Shown here: piece by piece, positions 27,101 to 38,539 of the stretch
How positions within the stretch are numbered: the stretch's first letter is position 1
How the letters are laid out: the number at the start of each line of letters is the position of its first letter
From: Laetmonice hystrix
Lineage: Eukaryota
NCBI GenBank assembly: GCA_965235115.1
Contig: OZ249436.1
Location: 12,712,001 to 12,776,000 of the forward strand
Direction of reading: 5' to 3'
DNA length: 64,000 nt
The notes under the pieces: model-generated
The model's database searches: none
The model's input: the letters and a program-made list of their open reading frames with translations, nothing else
What the model was told of the DNA's origin: nothing
Position numbers and translations under genes: made by a program

Positions 27101-30099
27101 TAGTAATAACTAGTAGCAGGGGTAGATTTAGGGGTATATATATATATGGGTAAAATTCGACACGATCGACAAGGCCGTCAAATGAAGGGCGACATTGCGA
27201 CATCCTCTTCTTAACATGCGACGGACACAGCTCCCAAATGGGTGGTAAAATTCGACATTAGACATCCAGAATTGCAATAAAAATAGACATGAGACACATT
27301 GATTTACTTAACAGGTGACACACGACATCGACAATTATTAAATAGCGACGTGCGACGAAGGCCTACCGTAAAAGAGACATAGATCTGCCATATCCATCTA
27401 GGCCTACATCTCTTACACTGTTACAGTCTTAGTCTTACACTGGAGCCAATCTCAGTCTTAGACTGGAGCTTAAAAAGTGACACGAGACATGATTGAATCA
27501 TTTTAAAAAGTGACATGGGACATGGACAAATTTCTTATCGTGTGACACGGGCATAAAAAATAGGACCCATATATATACCCCTAGATTTTGTGCATGATTT
27601 TTTAGGAGTCAGCAGGACTCCCAAGTTGCAAAATTTAGGAGTCTGCCAAAAAATGTGGGAGTCCACTGTCCTATAGGGAATACAACATGGCTGGATGTAA
27701 AAAAAAGACCAATTACAGACAGCAGGGGTAGATTTTGTGTGTGATTTTTTAGGAGTCAGTCAGCAGGACTCCCAAGTTGCAAACTCTAGGAGTCCGCCCA
27801 AAAAAGTGGGAGTCCGCTATCCTAGGCTAATACAACATAACTGGATGTAAAAAAAAGAAGACCAATAACAGACGACGTTATGTCATAATAGTTTGGCATA
27901 AACAATCAAGTAATTAAGCCATGATGGCCGAGGGGGGCTGAGTGAAACACATCAGTCTTGTGACCCCTGCTGAGTAGCAGATATTCGGTTCACCGTGACT
28001 GGGCAATCGTCACCTGGGTCCGGTTTTTAAAATAAGATTGAGCCTGGCTTACTCGTAAACTAGGGTAAGATTAAGCCCAGTCTTACATGTTGTGTTTTTA
28101 AAACATGCAAATGAGGATTGTAAGCGTAAGCCAGGCTCAGGCTTATAAGCCAGGGAAGGAGTTGTCTTACGAGCCCTAAGCCTGTGCCGACTCCATGCCG
28201 ATTTAAGGCATCTTTTTGCCCTAAAAGTAGCTTTCAACTCTTACTAAGAATACTCCACATTGTAAGGATGTTATACACTGTAGAACTGATAAGTAACGGT
28301 AAATACATTGTCATTTCATGGCGAGATTGACGTTTGTTTACAACCTTCATGGTCACACATCGTGGATCCGCACAAATCTAGCGATGGGCGTATGCATAAA
28401 AAATCCGCTAGGTGGCGGTTGTGACCCGCTCGATCGCTCTGTCGATTCGAATTTTCAAAGCCTCTTTTAAAGTACTTTTTGACATTTAACAGTCATTTTC
28501 CATATCGGTATAAGGCTATATATGTTAGAACTCATAACTTACAGGATAAATAATGTAATTCCTTGGCTACATTATGTAGGATCATGTTTGTTTACATTCG
28601 GGAATCGACGGCCTTTGGTCATGGCGGAAGTTCGATTCACCATTGTCTCGATTGTGACGTCAGTTTTCCAGCCTTGACAACGGCTAAGCCTAGGCTTGGC
28701 GTAAGCCAGGCTTAGAACTTGTTTTAAAAACAGAAACGTAAGCCTAGTCTTACCGTAAGCCCAGTCTTACCAGTAAGCCTTGGCTTATTTTAAAAACCGG
28801 ACCCTGGTCCTGGGCTAAAACCTGCATCAATCTGTGTGTAGGAGACAACCGGACTCCTGGTCAGGTGTCTGCCAGGAGTCTGTCCCAATTTTTGGGAGTC
28901 TCGGACTCACGGACTCCCGTCGAAATCGACCCCTGGACATAATAGTTTGGCCTTACAATCGAGTAATCAAGCCATGACGGGGGGGGGGGGGGGGGGCTGA
29001 GTGACATTATTAATCTTGTGACCCCTGCTGAGTAGCAGATATTCAGTTCACCCGCTGAACTGCATCAATCTGTGTGTAAACATCTAGGAGACAGTCGGAC
29101 TAGGTGGCTGCCCAAGGGGCGAGTCCGTCCCAATTTTTGGGAGTCTCGGACTCGCGGACTCCCGTCGAAATCGACCCCTGAGTAGGAATACTACTAAGAA
29201 GATGTGACAGTCTGATGGTCGGGATTATGATGGTCTGACTGTGGAGGTTCGGCTTTCGCCATGTAACGGTCGAACCGTGTGATGATTTGGTATTCGTTCA
29301 TGGTGCCCGTTTTCATATCCGGTCTAACTTCACTGAGTCACTTATTTTAATAGGCCTGGTGAGGCTTATCAAGGATGCTGTGCTGTGTGCATATTTACAG
29401 CCAGGCTCATGCAGTCCCTCACTGTCTCAGTCTCACTCAGCAGTAACAGTTAGCCTAGTACCAGGGACCGAAAGATAGGTAGGTCCAGCCGGAATATCTA
29501 GGGCAGTGCCAAAACAAACATGATGTTGTTGAAAAATGCTGTAGCGTTCGTCTTTATCTAGTCATTTTAGATAACAACAATCAACATAAGGATACAGATA
29601 AAAAAGAAATCTACCTGCAAGTCGATGGAGTTGTTGCCGATCTGATTGACGTTGGGTAGAGATCCCCCACGATATGCTCCCAAATTCGGCGGAACGATGC
29701 TCAAATGTTGATGTGTCTGCGGGTGTTTTGGTAACGAGCTCTGCAAACACCAAGGTAATATGTTCACCTTTCGACCTGTGACAACCTCTTGCTCTGGTAA
29801 ATCTCATCGTTAAATATTCCACTGTATTTCCCACCCTCTGCTCTGGCTCAGGTCAGGAAGGATCACACACAGCCAGCGATAGATAGGCGTAGGGTTAATA
29901 CACACACATGAAGCACACGTTCTCCAAATCGGATCGTTCCTTGCTTTAACTCAGCTCTGACGTGACAACTGGTAATGCCCACGCCTGCTTAAAATATACT
30001 TACCACTTCCCGCATGATCGCTTCAAAAGCAGCCGTCTCTTCGGCCTGCTTTTGATTGTGTAAAGCTATCTTTTCACTGAACTTCCGTGGGTTCGCCAT
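861..30099 (-). CDS. CRTC1: CREB-regulated transcription coactivator (CRTC/TORC), 5' part; coding exons 30099-30004, 29740-29615, 27051-26905, 12535-12474, 2922-2822, 2181-2123, 910-861; continues beyond left edge
   Basis: Exons join in frame with GT-AG borders and give [26 protein letters not shown] (TORC_N), [36 protein letters not shown] and [11 protein letters not shown], the hallmark CRTC motifs in the expected order (213 aa in window). Probably co-orthologous to vertebrate CRTC1/2/3. Confidence 0.95.
2123..2181 (-). CDS. CRTC1: CRTC exon 6
   Basis: ttttcag acceptor; (M)[25 protein letters not shown] donor; phase-compatible with both neighbours. Confidence 0.75.
2822..2922 (-). CDS. CRTC1: CRTC exon 5 (SIK/AMPK 14-3-3 phosphosite RTHSDSALH)
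   Basis: ttttcag acceptor; (R)[16 protein letters not shown]...HRC; GTAAGT donor, phase 1. Confidence 0.93.
6114..6188. repeat. (CTG)n/(CAG)n microsatellite with two CAT interruptions
   Basis: direct reading. Confidence 0.95.
8621..8667. repeat. (TTCA)n microsatellite
   Basis: direct reading. Confidence 0.95.
10976..11121. mobile_element. short Harbinger-like MITE
   Basis: TIR ATGCCCGATTTCCACC / GGTGGAAATCAGGCAT. Confidence 0.75.
12474..12535 (-). CDS. CRTC1: CRTC exon 4
   Basis: ACCTTAAC branch and CAG acceptor; [20 protein letters not shown](R); GTAAGT donor, phase 2. Confidence 0.93.
14384..14822. mobile_element. Kolobok-like (or piggyBac-type) MITE with TTAA TSD and ~145-bp imperfect TIRs
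   Basis: TTAA-AGGCAGGGTAAACAC ... GTGTTTACCCTGCCT-TTAA; long inverted arms. Confidence 0.88.
15199..15728. mobile_element. Kolobok-like MITE with TGAA TSD
   Basis: TGAA-AGGGGCAT ... ATGCCCCT-TGAA. Confidence 0.7.
18522..18750. mobile_element. Harbinger-like MITE
   Basis: TIR AGCCGGTCTCACATTGAC / GTCAATGTGAGGCTGGCT; internal AATCGG/CCGATT repeats. Confidence 0.8.
20917..21520. repeat. ~205-bp tandem repeat (~2.6 units) with TAGGTTATTCAAC/GTTGAATAACCTA inverted ends
   Basis: AGTTGAATA at ~21010, ~21216, ~21418; AAACTCTGAGCGTGGAATAGCTG and GATAACCA..GGTTATCGTC recur. Confidence 0.8.
21930..22506. mobile_element. truncated MITE with ACCCGA/TCGGGT internal repeats
   Basis: Many CACCCGA/TTCGGGTG motifs; right end TAGTGTAACAAGGGCTT; left TIR not seen. 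Confidence 0.6.
22746..22910 (+). mobile_element. tRNA-derived SINE-like element
   Basis: Pol III A-box TGGCGGAGTGG (22754-22764), B-box GGTTCGAATCC (22797-22807); no proper acceptor or anticodon stems; unrelated body follows. Confidence 0.7.
25871..26212 (+). mobile_element. non-autonomous hAT-like element (CAGGGCTCT ends, 6-bp TSD), copy 1
   Basis: TIR CAGGGCTCT/AGAGCCCTG; TSD GTAAAC; similar inverted copy at 63070-63394. Confidence 0.9.
26905..27051 (-). CDS. CRTC1: CRTC exon 3
   Basis: ttgcag acceptor; [10 protein letters not shown]...NLVERLH...PFDKR; ends at GTATCCTTT (U12 donor), phase 0. Confidence 0.85.
27129..27583. mobile_element. MITE nested in the left end of 27117-29180
   Basis: TIR TAGGGGTATATATAT..GGGT / ACCC..ATATATACCCCTA; 4-bp TSD GATT; internal GACA(C/T) repeats. 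Confidence 0.75.
28017..28803. mobile_element. PIF/Harbinger-like MITE (CTG TSD)
   Basis: TIR GGTCCGGTTTTTAAAATAA / TTATTTTAAAAACCGGACC; TSD CTG; TAAGCC subterminal repeats. Confidence 0.85.
29615..29740 (-). CDS. CRTC1: CRTC exon 2
   Basis: tttgcag acceptor; SSLPKH...[26 protein letters not shown] donor. Confidence 0.92.
30004..30099 (-). CDS. CRTC1: CRTC exon 1 (CREB-binding domain)
   Basis: [32 protein letters not shown] then GTAAGT donor, phase 0. Confidence 0.95.
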
Positions 30100-30746
30100 G
30101 ATGGCTGAAAACGACAACCTTGTTGTGATTCTACCGATGCAGGGGGTCCTCAGCAAAACAGACCAATCAAATCGGCCATTGCTCGTCATGTGATAGTGCT
30201 CCATCCTAGGTGGCAGCACCATCAACCCAGTGGGCTCTCGTGCAAAGACGCCCGGGGACCCAAGCTCGGAAGCACGCAGAGAACCTTTCGCTGCGTCTAC
30301 GGTCTAGACGCAGAGAGCCTATCTAGATACGAGCCACGCAGGCCTATTTGGAAGCATCAAGTTTAATGCTTTATTAACGCTAATCAGACAGATCCAAACT
30401 TCCAATGCCAAACAAAGCCACAAACACTACACTACTCGACTACAACCTAACGTAGATGATAGATCTACACTGCAGGCACAGCATGAGCCCATTCGGTAGG
30501 CCTCATCTTGAGTTGTCAAGACGTCAAGGGACCTCGTGCATCCTGCATTCTACCCCTTGAGATCAGCCCAGTCTAATCTGCCAGAGGTTAACCTTGAGGT
30601 CAACTTCATGAATATTAATAGGACTTGCCACCAACACTAAACCGAAGTAAACTGTCTTCACCGTGGGCTTTCTCGCAAAAAGGCCCAGGCCATGGATAGA
30701 ATAAGCTGTTACCTTGCCCACTGGTTCGGTGATACACAAATGACGT

Positions 30747-31426
30747 TAGGGGCGGATTGGGGGGGGGGGGGGATGTGCCCCCGCCCCTTCTTCAAGGTAT
30801 AGGCCTAGCTGGTTGTTCGCAACTGTAAAAGCAAACATTTTGCTTTCTCAGAATGCAGGAAACGCCATTTCAGAGACTCTAGATGTTCAAAATTGTCCGA
30901 GGGGCATGCCCCCCTAGCCAGGCGCGGATCCAGGAATTTTTGCAGCGGGGGGTCCAGGGCCCGGTTTCTTGGTGGAGCTTGAGCTGAAATTCTTGGCTCA
31001 AGCTCAAGGATTTGGAGCTTGAGCCAAGGATTCTCGGCTCAAGCTCTAATTTGGGTTTCACAGTCAGACGGCCGTTGAGCTTGAGCTTGAGCTGGGACAT
31101 GACTGTAAAAACCCAAATTTGAGCTTGAGCCGAGAATCCTTGGCTCAAGCTCCAAATCCTTGAGCTTGAGCCAAGAATTTCAGCTCAAGCTCCACCAAGA
31201 AACCGGGCCCAGAAGATGCGAGCCGCCGGGGGATGGGGCAATGGTCTGGGGGCCTTCCCCGATAACATTACAAAAACCTAAGTTGGTCCCGAGCAGGGGG
31301 GGGGGTCCGGACCCCCTGGACCCCCCCTCTGGATCCGCGCCTGCTAGGAGGGCTCGGGGTTCGCCCTCGGACTACTGCTACGTGGTAAACTGCCCCCCCT
31401 TTTCCAAAATCCTGCATCCGCCCCTG
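30747..31426. mobile_element. nest of three non-autonomous DNA elements (30747-31426 > 30919-31343 > 30958-31209)
   Basis: Outer AGGGGCGGAT/ATCCGCCCCT; middle CAGGCGCGGATCCAG/CTGGATCCGCGCCTG; inner near-perfect hairpin GGCCCGGTTTCTTGG/CCAAGAAACCGGGCC with CAG TSD. Confidence 0.85.
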
Positions 31427-32479
31427 AATTATGTGCCCCTCCCTGATAATATTATTGGCTAATATTATGGAAGCTAATTTTCGTGAATCGTGCTTCAGGC
31501 AGTGCTGTAGGCCTAATCTAATTAGTGCTTGCGGTACTGCAAGTAGGCCACAAGGAGAGTAATTAGGTCATAAGCAAATGGCGCTGCGATCTTTTCTGCA
31601 ATGAAAAAAGGCTGGCTGTCGTGAGGGGGGAAATCGCTCAAAGTGGTTCAACCCTCAGCATGGGAGAATAGGTATACAGGCCTAGGCCAGGCTAGGGCTA
31701 GGCCTATGCAGAACTTCACAAGGCCAAGGAGGGGGAAGTCTAATACCTAAATCCGGGAAAAGTTGGACGTTTTGCTGCCCAGCTGACCTTTGGACCTCTG
31801 GCAGAAAATCGGGGAATAGAGGCCATTATCCATTAGTAGTTGGAAGCCATCATAAGGCACGTAAGAGATCGGAGAGCATGATCTACTTACATCCTGTTGT
31901 GCTGTAACGATTTTTATGATTTTCATGATCGGAAGACCTGTGCGCAAGAGCGCGTTTACAAGGGGAAAATCGGAATGATCACATCACATTTATCTTCGTA
32001 AGGTATAAATGTGGAGATATACTTTCTGTAAAGTATCACATGTCAGCCCAGAATAAAGTTCCATTGTGTCTGCTAGAGGGCCGGTGCTTCAAGCATTCAA
32101 CAACATATTTTGCCACCTGAGGAAGTAGGCTGTTAAAGGAAGTCTCAGGCTCATAGCGAGATCTCAGGGGGCAGGTTGAAAGGTGAGAAAGGACGGCAAA
32201 GGAGACAAGGACACTCAGAGGAAGGCACATGAAAGAATCGGGTTAGGAGAAGGAAACGGCAAACCATCTGACACCATTAATGATGTCAAGTGATGGCATT
32301 GATGTAGCAAGACAGGTAACTGCAAATATTTTGTGTTATATCGAGTCAACAGACGTTTTTAGAGTTTATTCATCATGCCTGCAATGGATTGGGAAGCCGT
32401 TTGGCATGTCAGTTTTTGGCAACCCACATATACACGCGCGGACAGTACACCTGCTACTATTCCACATTGCCAATGATGC

Positions 32480-33030
32480 CAGCCACTGGGTTAGTTAGAC
32501 TCCAGCAGGCTGACCCAGAGATAGCACGGCTACTCTACTATCACAAACAGGGTTGACCAGGCAACAAAAGACAGGTTGCCAAGGAGACCAAAGGGGCAAA
32601 GAAGATGGTGTTTGCTATCAGAAGGCAACAATTGGTGGGGAGGAAGTTGAGCAGCTAATTTTACCTCAGTCTCTCTGTGAACGTGCTATGGGCACCGGGC
32701 ACCAGGGGACTGAGCACACTGTTGCACCACCTAAAACTCACTTCTATTGGCCAACTCTGCAGTGTGATGTGGAGCGGCATCTAAACAAGTGCCAGCGTTG
32801 TATGCTTGCAAAAGCAGGGAAGAAGATTATTTCTCCTATGGGTTCTCTCCAAGCCAGATTGATGTTTTTACCAAGTTTACCCAGGCCATCCCGACCAGAG
32901 ACCAGAAGGCTAGACCTGTGGCATGGGCACTTGTTGGGAATGGTTTGTCTGCTTTGGAGTTTCTCACAGACTCCATAGTGACCAGGGCCGAAACTATGAG
33001 AGTCAGGTGGTGAAGGAGTTCAGGGTCGTA
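32480..33030 (+). mobile_element. Ty3/Gypsy integrase Zn-binding (HHCC) fragment
   Basis: EQLILPQSL...GHQGTEHT...HFYWPTLQCDVERHLNKCQRC. Confidence 0.8.
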
Positions 33031-33304
33031 AATTGCATTGAGGCAGCTGAGGCTGGTTCCATCCATATGTAATAAATCGAGATACAGTGTGCATGCAGCC
33101 GCCCCCCTCTGGTTAGTACCCCTGCTGTGGGCTACTGGTAGGTATAGCCTAGTACATGTAGGCCCAGGATCGGCATAATGCACGTAAATTGTGTTGGCCT
33201 CAGCTAGATACCCAGCTAGCAATGTTACGTTCACAGAATGTTCTTGGATCGTTATATGTCAGTATACAGAGTGAACCTCGAAGTAGTCCTGAATCAGCAA
33301 GTCT

Positions 33305-33575
33305 CTCAACTTGACAGTCACTGCCCAGTGCAATGCCAACAATTCCAACTTCATAGAACTATAGTTTGACATATTGCGCTCATTGGGTCACAGGCTACGG
33401 CTGGCTTATCCCAACACAACTTTGCCACTTTCCTGCTTCTGGGAAAGGACAGCTCCTAGACCCCTATAACTGGCATCAGTTTCCACAACAAAGGGTTTAG
33501 TGTAGTCAGGATAGCCAAGAATAGGGGCAGAAATCCGCTTCTTTTTAAGGAGATCAAAGGCTGCCTGACATGCTA
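33305..33575 (-). mobile_element. Ty3/Gypsy RNase H fragment (second element, opposite strand)
   Basis: [41 protein letters not shown]...ASRSL...NYSSMKLELLALHWAVT. Confidence 0.88.
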
Positions 33576-33756
33576 GTCTGACACGCCTTCTGTTGCTAGC
33601 CCTTCTCAGCAGTATCCCGTAGACGATGCAATGGCACTGCAATTCTGGCATAGCCGGGCAGAAATCGCCTGTAGCACCCAGCAAATCTGAGGAAGGAACG
33701 AACCTCGCTCTGGCACCAACCTGACACATGTGACCTCCTGCCTACCATCTCAGCAA

Positions 33757-36700
33757 ATGTTTTACCAAAAACCAGAATATCATCAAGCTAAATTAAATCA
33801 AATTGTAAATTCAAGTCAAAGCGGGACCCGGGGATGCTACCGCGTGGTCTGACTGGCTGGAGGGTTTAAAAGCTCTGATGTCCACCATGCGAGTTGAGGA
33901 AGACATGCCGGCTACCGATGATGCACCCGCGAGGAAGGCGAAGTTCGACATGCTGTGGCATTACCTCGGCACAGGGTGCCAGAAAATGCTCAAAAAGTTG
34001 GGGCAACAAGCTGTGGATGCTAAAGACTACAATGGCGCCCGTGATGCCCTATCAACGTATTTTACGCCCAGACTAAATCGCATGTACCAGATGCCTATTC
34101 TTTACAAGATGGCCCAGTTACGTGACAAGACTATGGATTCAGTTCACATGCGTGTGAAGGATCAGGTTGATGCGATGGACTTGTTACAACTGACTGTGGC
34201 CCAGGTTGTTGATCTTCTGATACTGTCTCAGCTGGTCAACAACACACCAACCATGCAGTGAAGCGAAAAGCCATTCAGGATGGACTGACATTACAGGAAT
34301 TTCTGAACAATGCGAGGATATACAAGCGTACGGATCAACAGATGAGGAAGATGAATGACAGGGAGTCTTTCAGCTATATTAAAGGGAAGTGGAGACAGAA
34401 GAGCTCAGCAGCAAAACAGCAAAAGAACTCACAGTCCACTCAGTCTAAAGCAAGGTGTAAATATTGCGAAGGAGAACATGAGAAAGGCAAGTGCCCGGCT
34501 TATGGGGTGATCTGTGGGAAATGTGGAAAGGAGAACCACTATGCCAGGGTGTGTCTAAGCAATCAAGGGGGTCACAAGCACACGAGTTCGGGAGCTAAAC
34601 AGAAACGTAGCGTTCATCAGGTTGAATTAGAAGGCCAATCAACTTCTCATTATGAGTTGGATAGCATATACAGTGTTCAGGCACCACAGTACAAACTCAG
34701 TTCTTCTCAAATGTAGAGGTGATGGCCCCAGACAGCAAGCAGCCAGTGACAGTCTAGTTCCAGCTTGACACAGGTGCATCATGCAGTACGCTCAGCCTAT
34801 CTGAGTACAACAAGCTTACAAAGGAAGCCCCGCCTGTGTCAACAACAACTCTTAAAGCTCTCCAACTGTGAAGTCATCAACCCAGTCGGCAGTGTGTCAT
34901 TGAAATGCACAGCGAACAACACAACAAAGAAAATACATTTTGAAGTTATCAAGGAAGCTACAGTCTCTTTGTCTGGACAGGCATGTGCAGCTCTAGGATC
35001 GGTACAGTTTAATGAGAACTGTATACTACGGGTCACGGCATCTATAAAGGAAACAGCGACAGCCATTTCAGAAGGTTCCAGTTCCAGTCAAAGCTGAACT
35101 AATCGATGAACCTGTGCAGATGGAGGTACTGGCAAAGGTCGATGAGCCTACCCCATGGATCAGCAATATGGTGATGGTGAGAGAGCCCAACAAGATCAGG
35201 ATCTGTCTTGATCCTTTGAATCTTAACAAAGGAATCCAACGCAACCACTACATGACGCCTACACTTGAAGATATTGCACCACAACTGACAGGGGCCAAAG
35301 TGTTCTCAGTGCTCGATGACAAGGATGGGTTCCTACAAGTCATGCTGGATGAAACGTCAAGTTTTCTAACCACATTCTGGACGCCCTTTGGGAGGTTTAG
35401 ATGGCTACGCATGCCATTTGGGCTGAAATCAGCTCCGTATAGGAATTTCAGCGCAGATTAGATGAGACCCTGGCAGAGCTGAACAGCTATAATCACTGAC
35501 GATATAGTCATCTATGGCTCAGGTGATACTCAAGCAGAAGCAGTGGCAAGTCATGATGGGGCCCTCATAGCCTTACTACAACGATGCAGGGAGCGTGGCC
35601 TCAAGTGTAAAAGGAAGAAGCTCAGATTCCGGCTAGACAGAGTGGCCTACATGGGACATCTGTTGACAAGTGAAGGTTTGTCACCAGACGCAGAGAAAGT
35701 CAGGGCGATATGCAACAAGGAATGTCCCAATGACCTTCAAGCAGTCCAGCACCTCATAGGCGTAGTCACGTATCTGTCAAAGTTCATGCCTAGACTCAGT
35801 ACAGTCTGTGAACCAGTCAGACGTTTGACAGACAAAAATGCAGAGTTCGACTGGCTCCCAGAGCATGAGCGTTAACATCAGTGGAATGCAATTACGCACA
35901 ATTGAAAAAGAATGCTTAGCGATAGTCTTTGCATTGCAGAGATTTGAGCATTATATCCCGGGCAAGGATGGAGTCACCGTCTTCACTGATCACAAGCCGC
36001 GCACCAGCATCTTTCAGAAGTCCGTACTGAGTAGTCCTAAGCGTCTACAACGAATGCAACTGGAACTTCACAAGTATCCAATCAAGGTGGTCTACAAACC
36101 AGGACAGCAAATGCACATCAGCAACACGTTGTCAAGAGCAGCATTACCGATCTCGAAGACTTCGTCACTGTCAGTAGCCAATTACGCAATCTTCCAGCTA
36201 CGCGAAGAGGAGAAAGTACTGGACGAATTTAGGGAGACTGACGTTTTGGAAGCAGTATTCGTTAGTGATGAAAGGTTGCAGCATATTACAGAAGAGACAA
36301 GCAAAGACATGGAGTTGCAGGCACTCATGAATGCAACTATGCAGGGATGGCCACAGGACAAAGGAGATGTGCTACTGTGCATTCGTCCATATTGGCCTTA
36401 CAGAGATGAAATGTCGGCACAGGATGGCCTCATCTTTCATGGGACCAGGATAGTCATCCCCAACTCAGTGAGGAAAATCATGATAGAGTGGTCTAATCTA
36501 TCACACATGGATGTACAATACACCATGTTCTGGCCACAAATGCACGAGGCAACATGGACTTGCAACATGCATCTGTCAAGAACGCCAACCGGCTCAGCCA
36601 AAGAAACCAATGATGACTTTTCCAATACCACAGTACCCATGGCAAATTGTGGCCAGTGATTGTTTTGAGCTTCAACGAGAACATTATGCCGTTATTGTTG

Positions 36701-37245
36701 ACTGCTACTCAGACTACATTGAGGTGTGTCCACTACGTAATATGACAGCAGACACACTCGTACAGAACATCAAGCCAGTGTTTGCGTCACAGGGCCGGAT
36801 CCAGGATTCTTAGAAAGGGGGGGGGGCGTGGCCCCTGGAGAAGATTGCGAGCGCCGAAGGCGCAAGGCCCCAGGGGGGTCTGGGGGACGTTCCCCAGAAA
36901 AATTTGAAAATTCATGTTTGTCAGATGCATTTTCCCGGCATCTGAGAAAAGAACTGTTCCTTTTTTCAGGGGGCAAAGTACTGGTAAAATTCCAGTTTCA
37001 AAAAATCATTACTCTGCCAAAAATAGGGGGGGCCTACGCCCCCCACGCCCCCTCCCCCCTTGGACCCGGCCCTGGCGTCACACGCTGTGCCAGCAGTGTT
37101 TGTTAGTGACAATGGTACCAACTACTCCTCACAGGAATTCCAAGACTTTGCTGAAGTCCACACCATCATCAGGCGAATGGTAAGGCAGAGTCTGCTGTCA
37201 AGACCATAAAGCAGATGTTCAAAAGAGCAGAACGAGACTTTCGTT
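33757..37245 (+). mobile_element. decayed Ty3/Gypsy LTR retrotransposon internal region (gag-PR-RT-RNaseH-IN), frameshifted and internally deleted
   Basis: gag knuckle CGKCGKENHYARVC; protease FQLDTGASC (~34758); RT IRICLDP..LN, FWTPFGRFRWLRMPFGL, IITDD; RNase H IEKECLAIVF..TDHKP; integrase PWQIVASDCF, VDCYSDY, SDNG. No LTRs seen. Confidence 0.92.
36790..37074. mobile_element. non-autonomous DNA transposon (CAGGG ends, 6-bp TSD) inserted in the Gypsy integrase
   Basis: TIR CAGGGCCGGATCCA / TGGACCCGGCCCTG; TSD GCGTCA (36784-36789, 37075-37080); integrase frame FASH..VSDNG resumes after it. Confidence 0.9.
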
Positions 37246-37584
37246 GAGACACAAGGGCCTTGTGTAATGTTTAACGATACAGACTTTGTGCCGTCATTGC
37301 TGTACATAGGCGTTATTGGGATTTCCATTTTTTTGTGTTTTTTAACCCACACCCCGGGCCAGCTCGACTGGCGCAATGACGCACTATCACATGGCTACCC
37401 CCCCCCCCACACACACACACACAAGTTTGGGCCAGGCTACGGCCCTGTATAGCACATTGTAACATGACATAGGCCTACTTAATATGCTCCCTGCCCTTTG
37501 GAACCACGAAATCCCATTCACTCGAGGGTTTCCCTGCCCACCTTTCAATCTAATTCTATATACCCTAATTATATATATGCGCTT

Positions 37585-38330
37585 CTATATGCCAGGGCCA
37601 TTCAAGGAGAATCCTGCAGCCTTGGCCACTTGTGCAAATCTAACCGTGGAGACACTGAATTCCTCAAAGCTCTGGTGGGAGGGTCCCCACTGGATCAGTT
37701 CCTCACCGAAGGACTGGCCCCCTGCCTCACATGCTATTTCTCACACAGAAGCATGCAAAGAAGTTAGCACCTTGAACCTTACTGAGCCTCCCATCAAGTA
37801 TCTCCTGAATCCGTTTCAACCTACACCGGCAAAGGAGCAGACTTGTTCTTTGGATTACCAGGCTGCCCTAATGCCTATGTCCTTTGGTGGGTGTCCAAAA
37901 CCCATCTGCCTACTGGACAGCACATTTTAACTATGGCAAGTGGACATTAAGTAGGCCTACCTGCTCCATCCCCTCAAAAATAGGAATCATGAGCAAGGAT
38001 CCATTGGATCAATGGACTCAGGAGGTCTATTTCCAAGAAGAGATCGAGTGTGCATTTCTCCCAATTCCAATACAAAGATCTCCCGTAGTAGCAAGCCACG
38101 GGGGCTCCTCATCTCAGTGGAAAGGACACCGTGTGGGTTCTCCAGCTCCAGTGATTCTGCCTCCGGACTCACGCCTGACACACTTTATAGCATTCTGGAC
38201 TGCCGTGAACACCTGTTTCATGCAGGAGTTACAATGACTCTCTCAGAGGTTCATGCCTCATACTGTATCCTCCTCATACTGGGGCGTCAGACAGTGAAAC
38301 GCATGTTACAGTCTGTTGAAGGTCTGTAGT
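37585..38330 (+). mobile_element. decayed BEL/Pao LTR retrotransposon pol fragment
   Basis: ENPAALAT...LWWEGPHWI (cf. BEL NPADxxSRG..WWxGPxWL), PVILP, HLFHAGVTMTLSEV...GRQTVKR. Confidence 0.8.
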
Positions 38331-38539
38331 TGAATTGAGGTCTGTAAAAAAATTAGGCCTAAGCAAATATTGAAAATTTTGGGTCTGAAAGTGGGAGGGG
38401 GGGGGGGGCGCAATGGGAATTTTCAGTCAAATCCGCATGGCGGCAGCACTGTGCACGTCATTCCTTGCTGGAGTACATTAGCACTTGTAAGCTTAGATAG
38501 GACGACGAAATGCTGTAGAATGACCTAGCCTTATCATTA

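Larger units (their letters stand above)
27117..29180. mobile_element. CAGGGG-ended element with internal duplications and 5-bp TSD, hosting two nested insertions
   Basis: Ends CAGGGGTAGATT / AAATCGACCCCTG; TSD AGTAG; repeated GGAGTC/GACTCC blocks; extra ends at 27724 and 28935. Confidence 0.8.
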
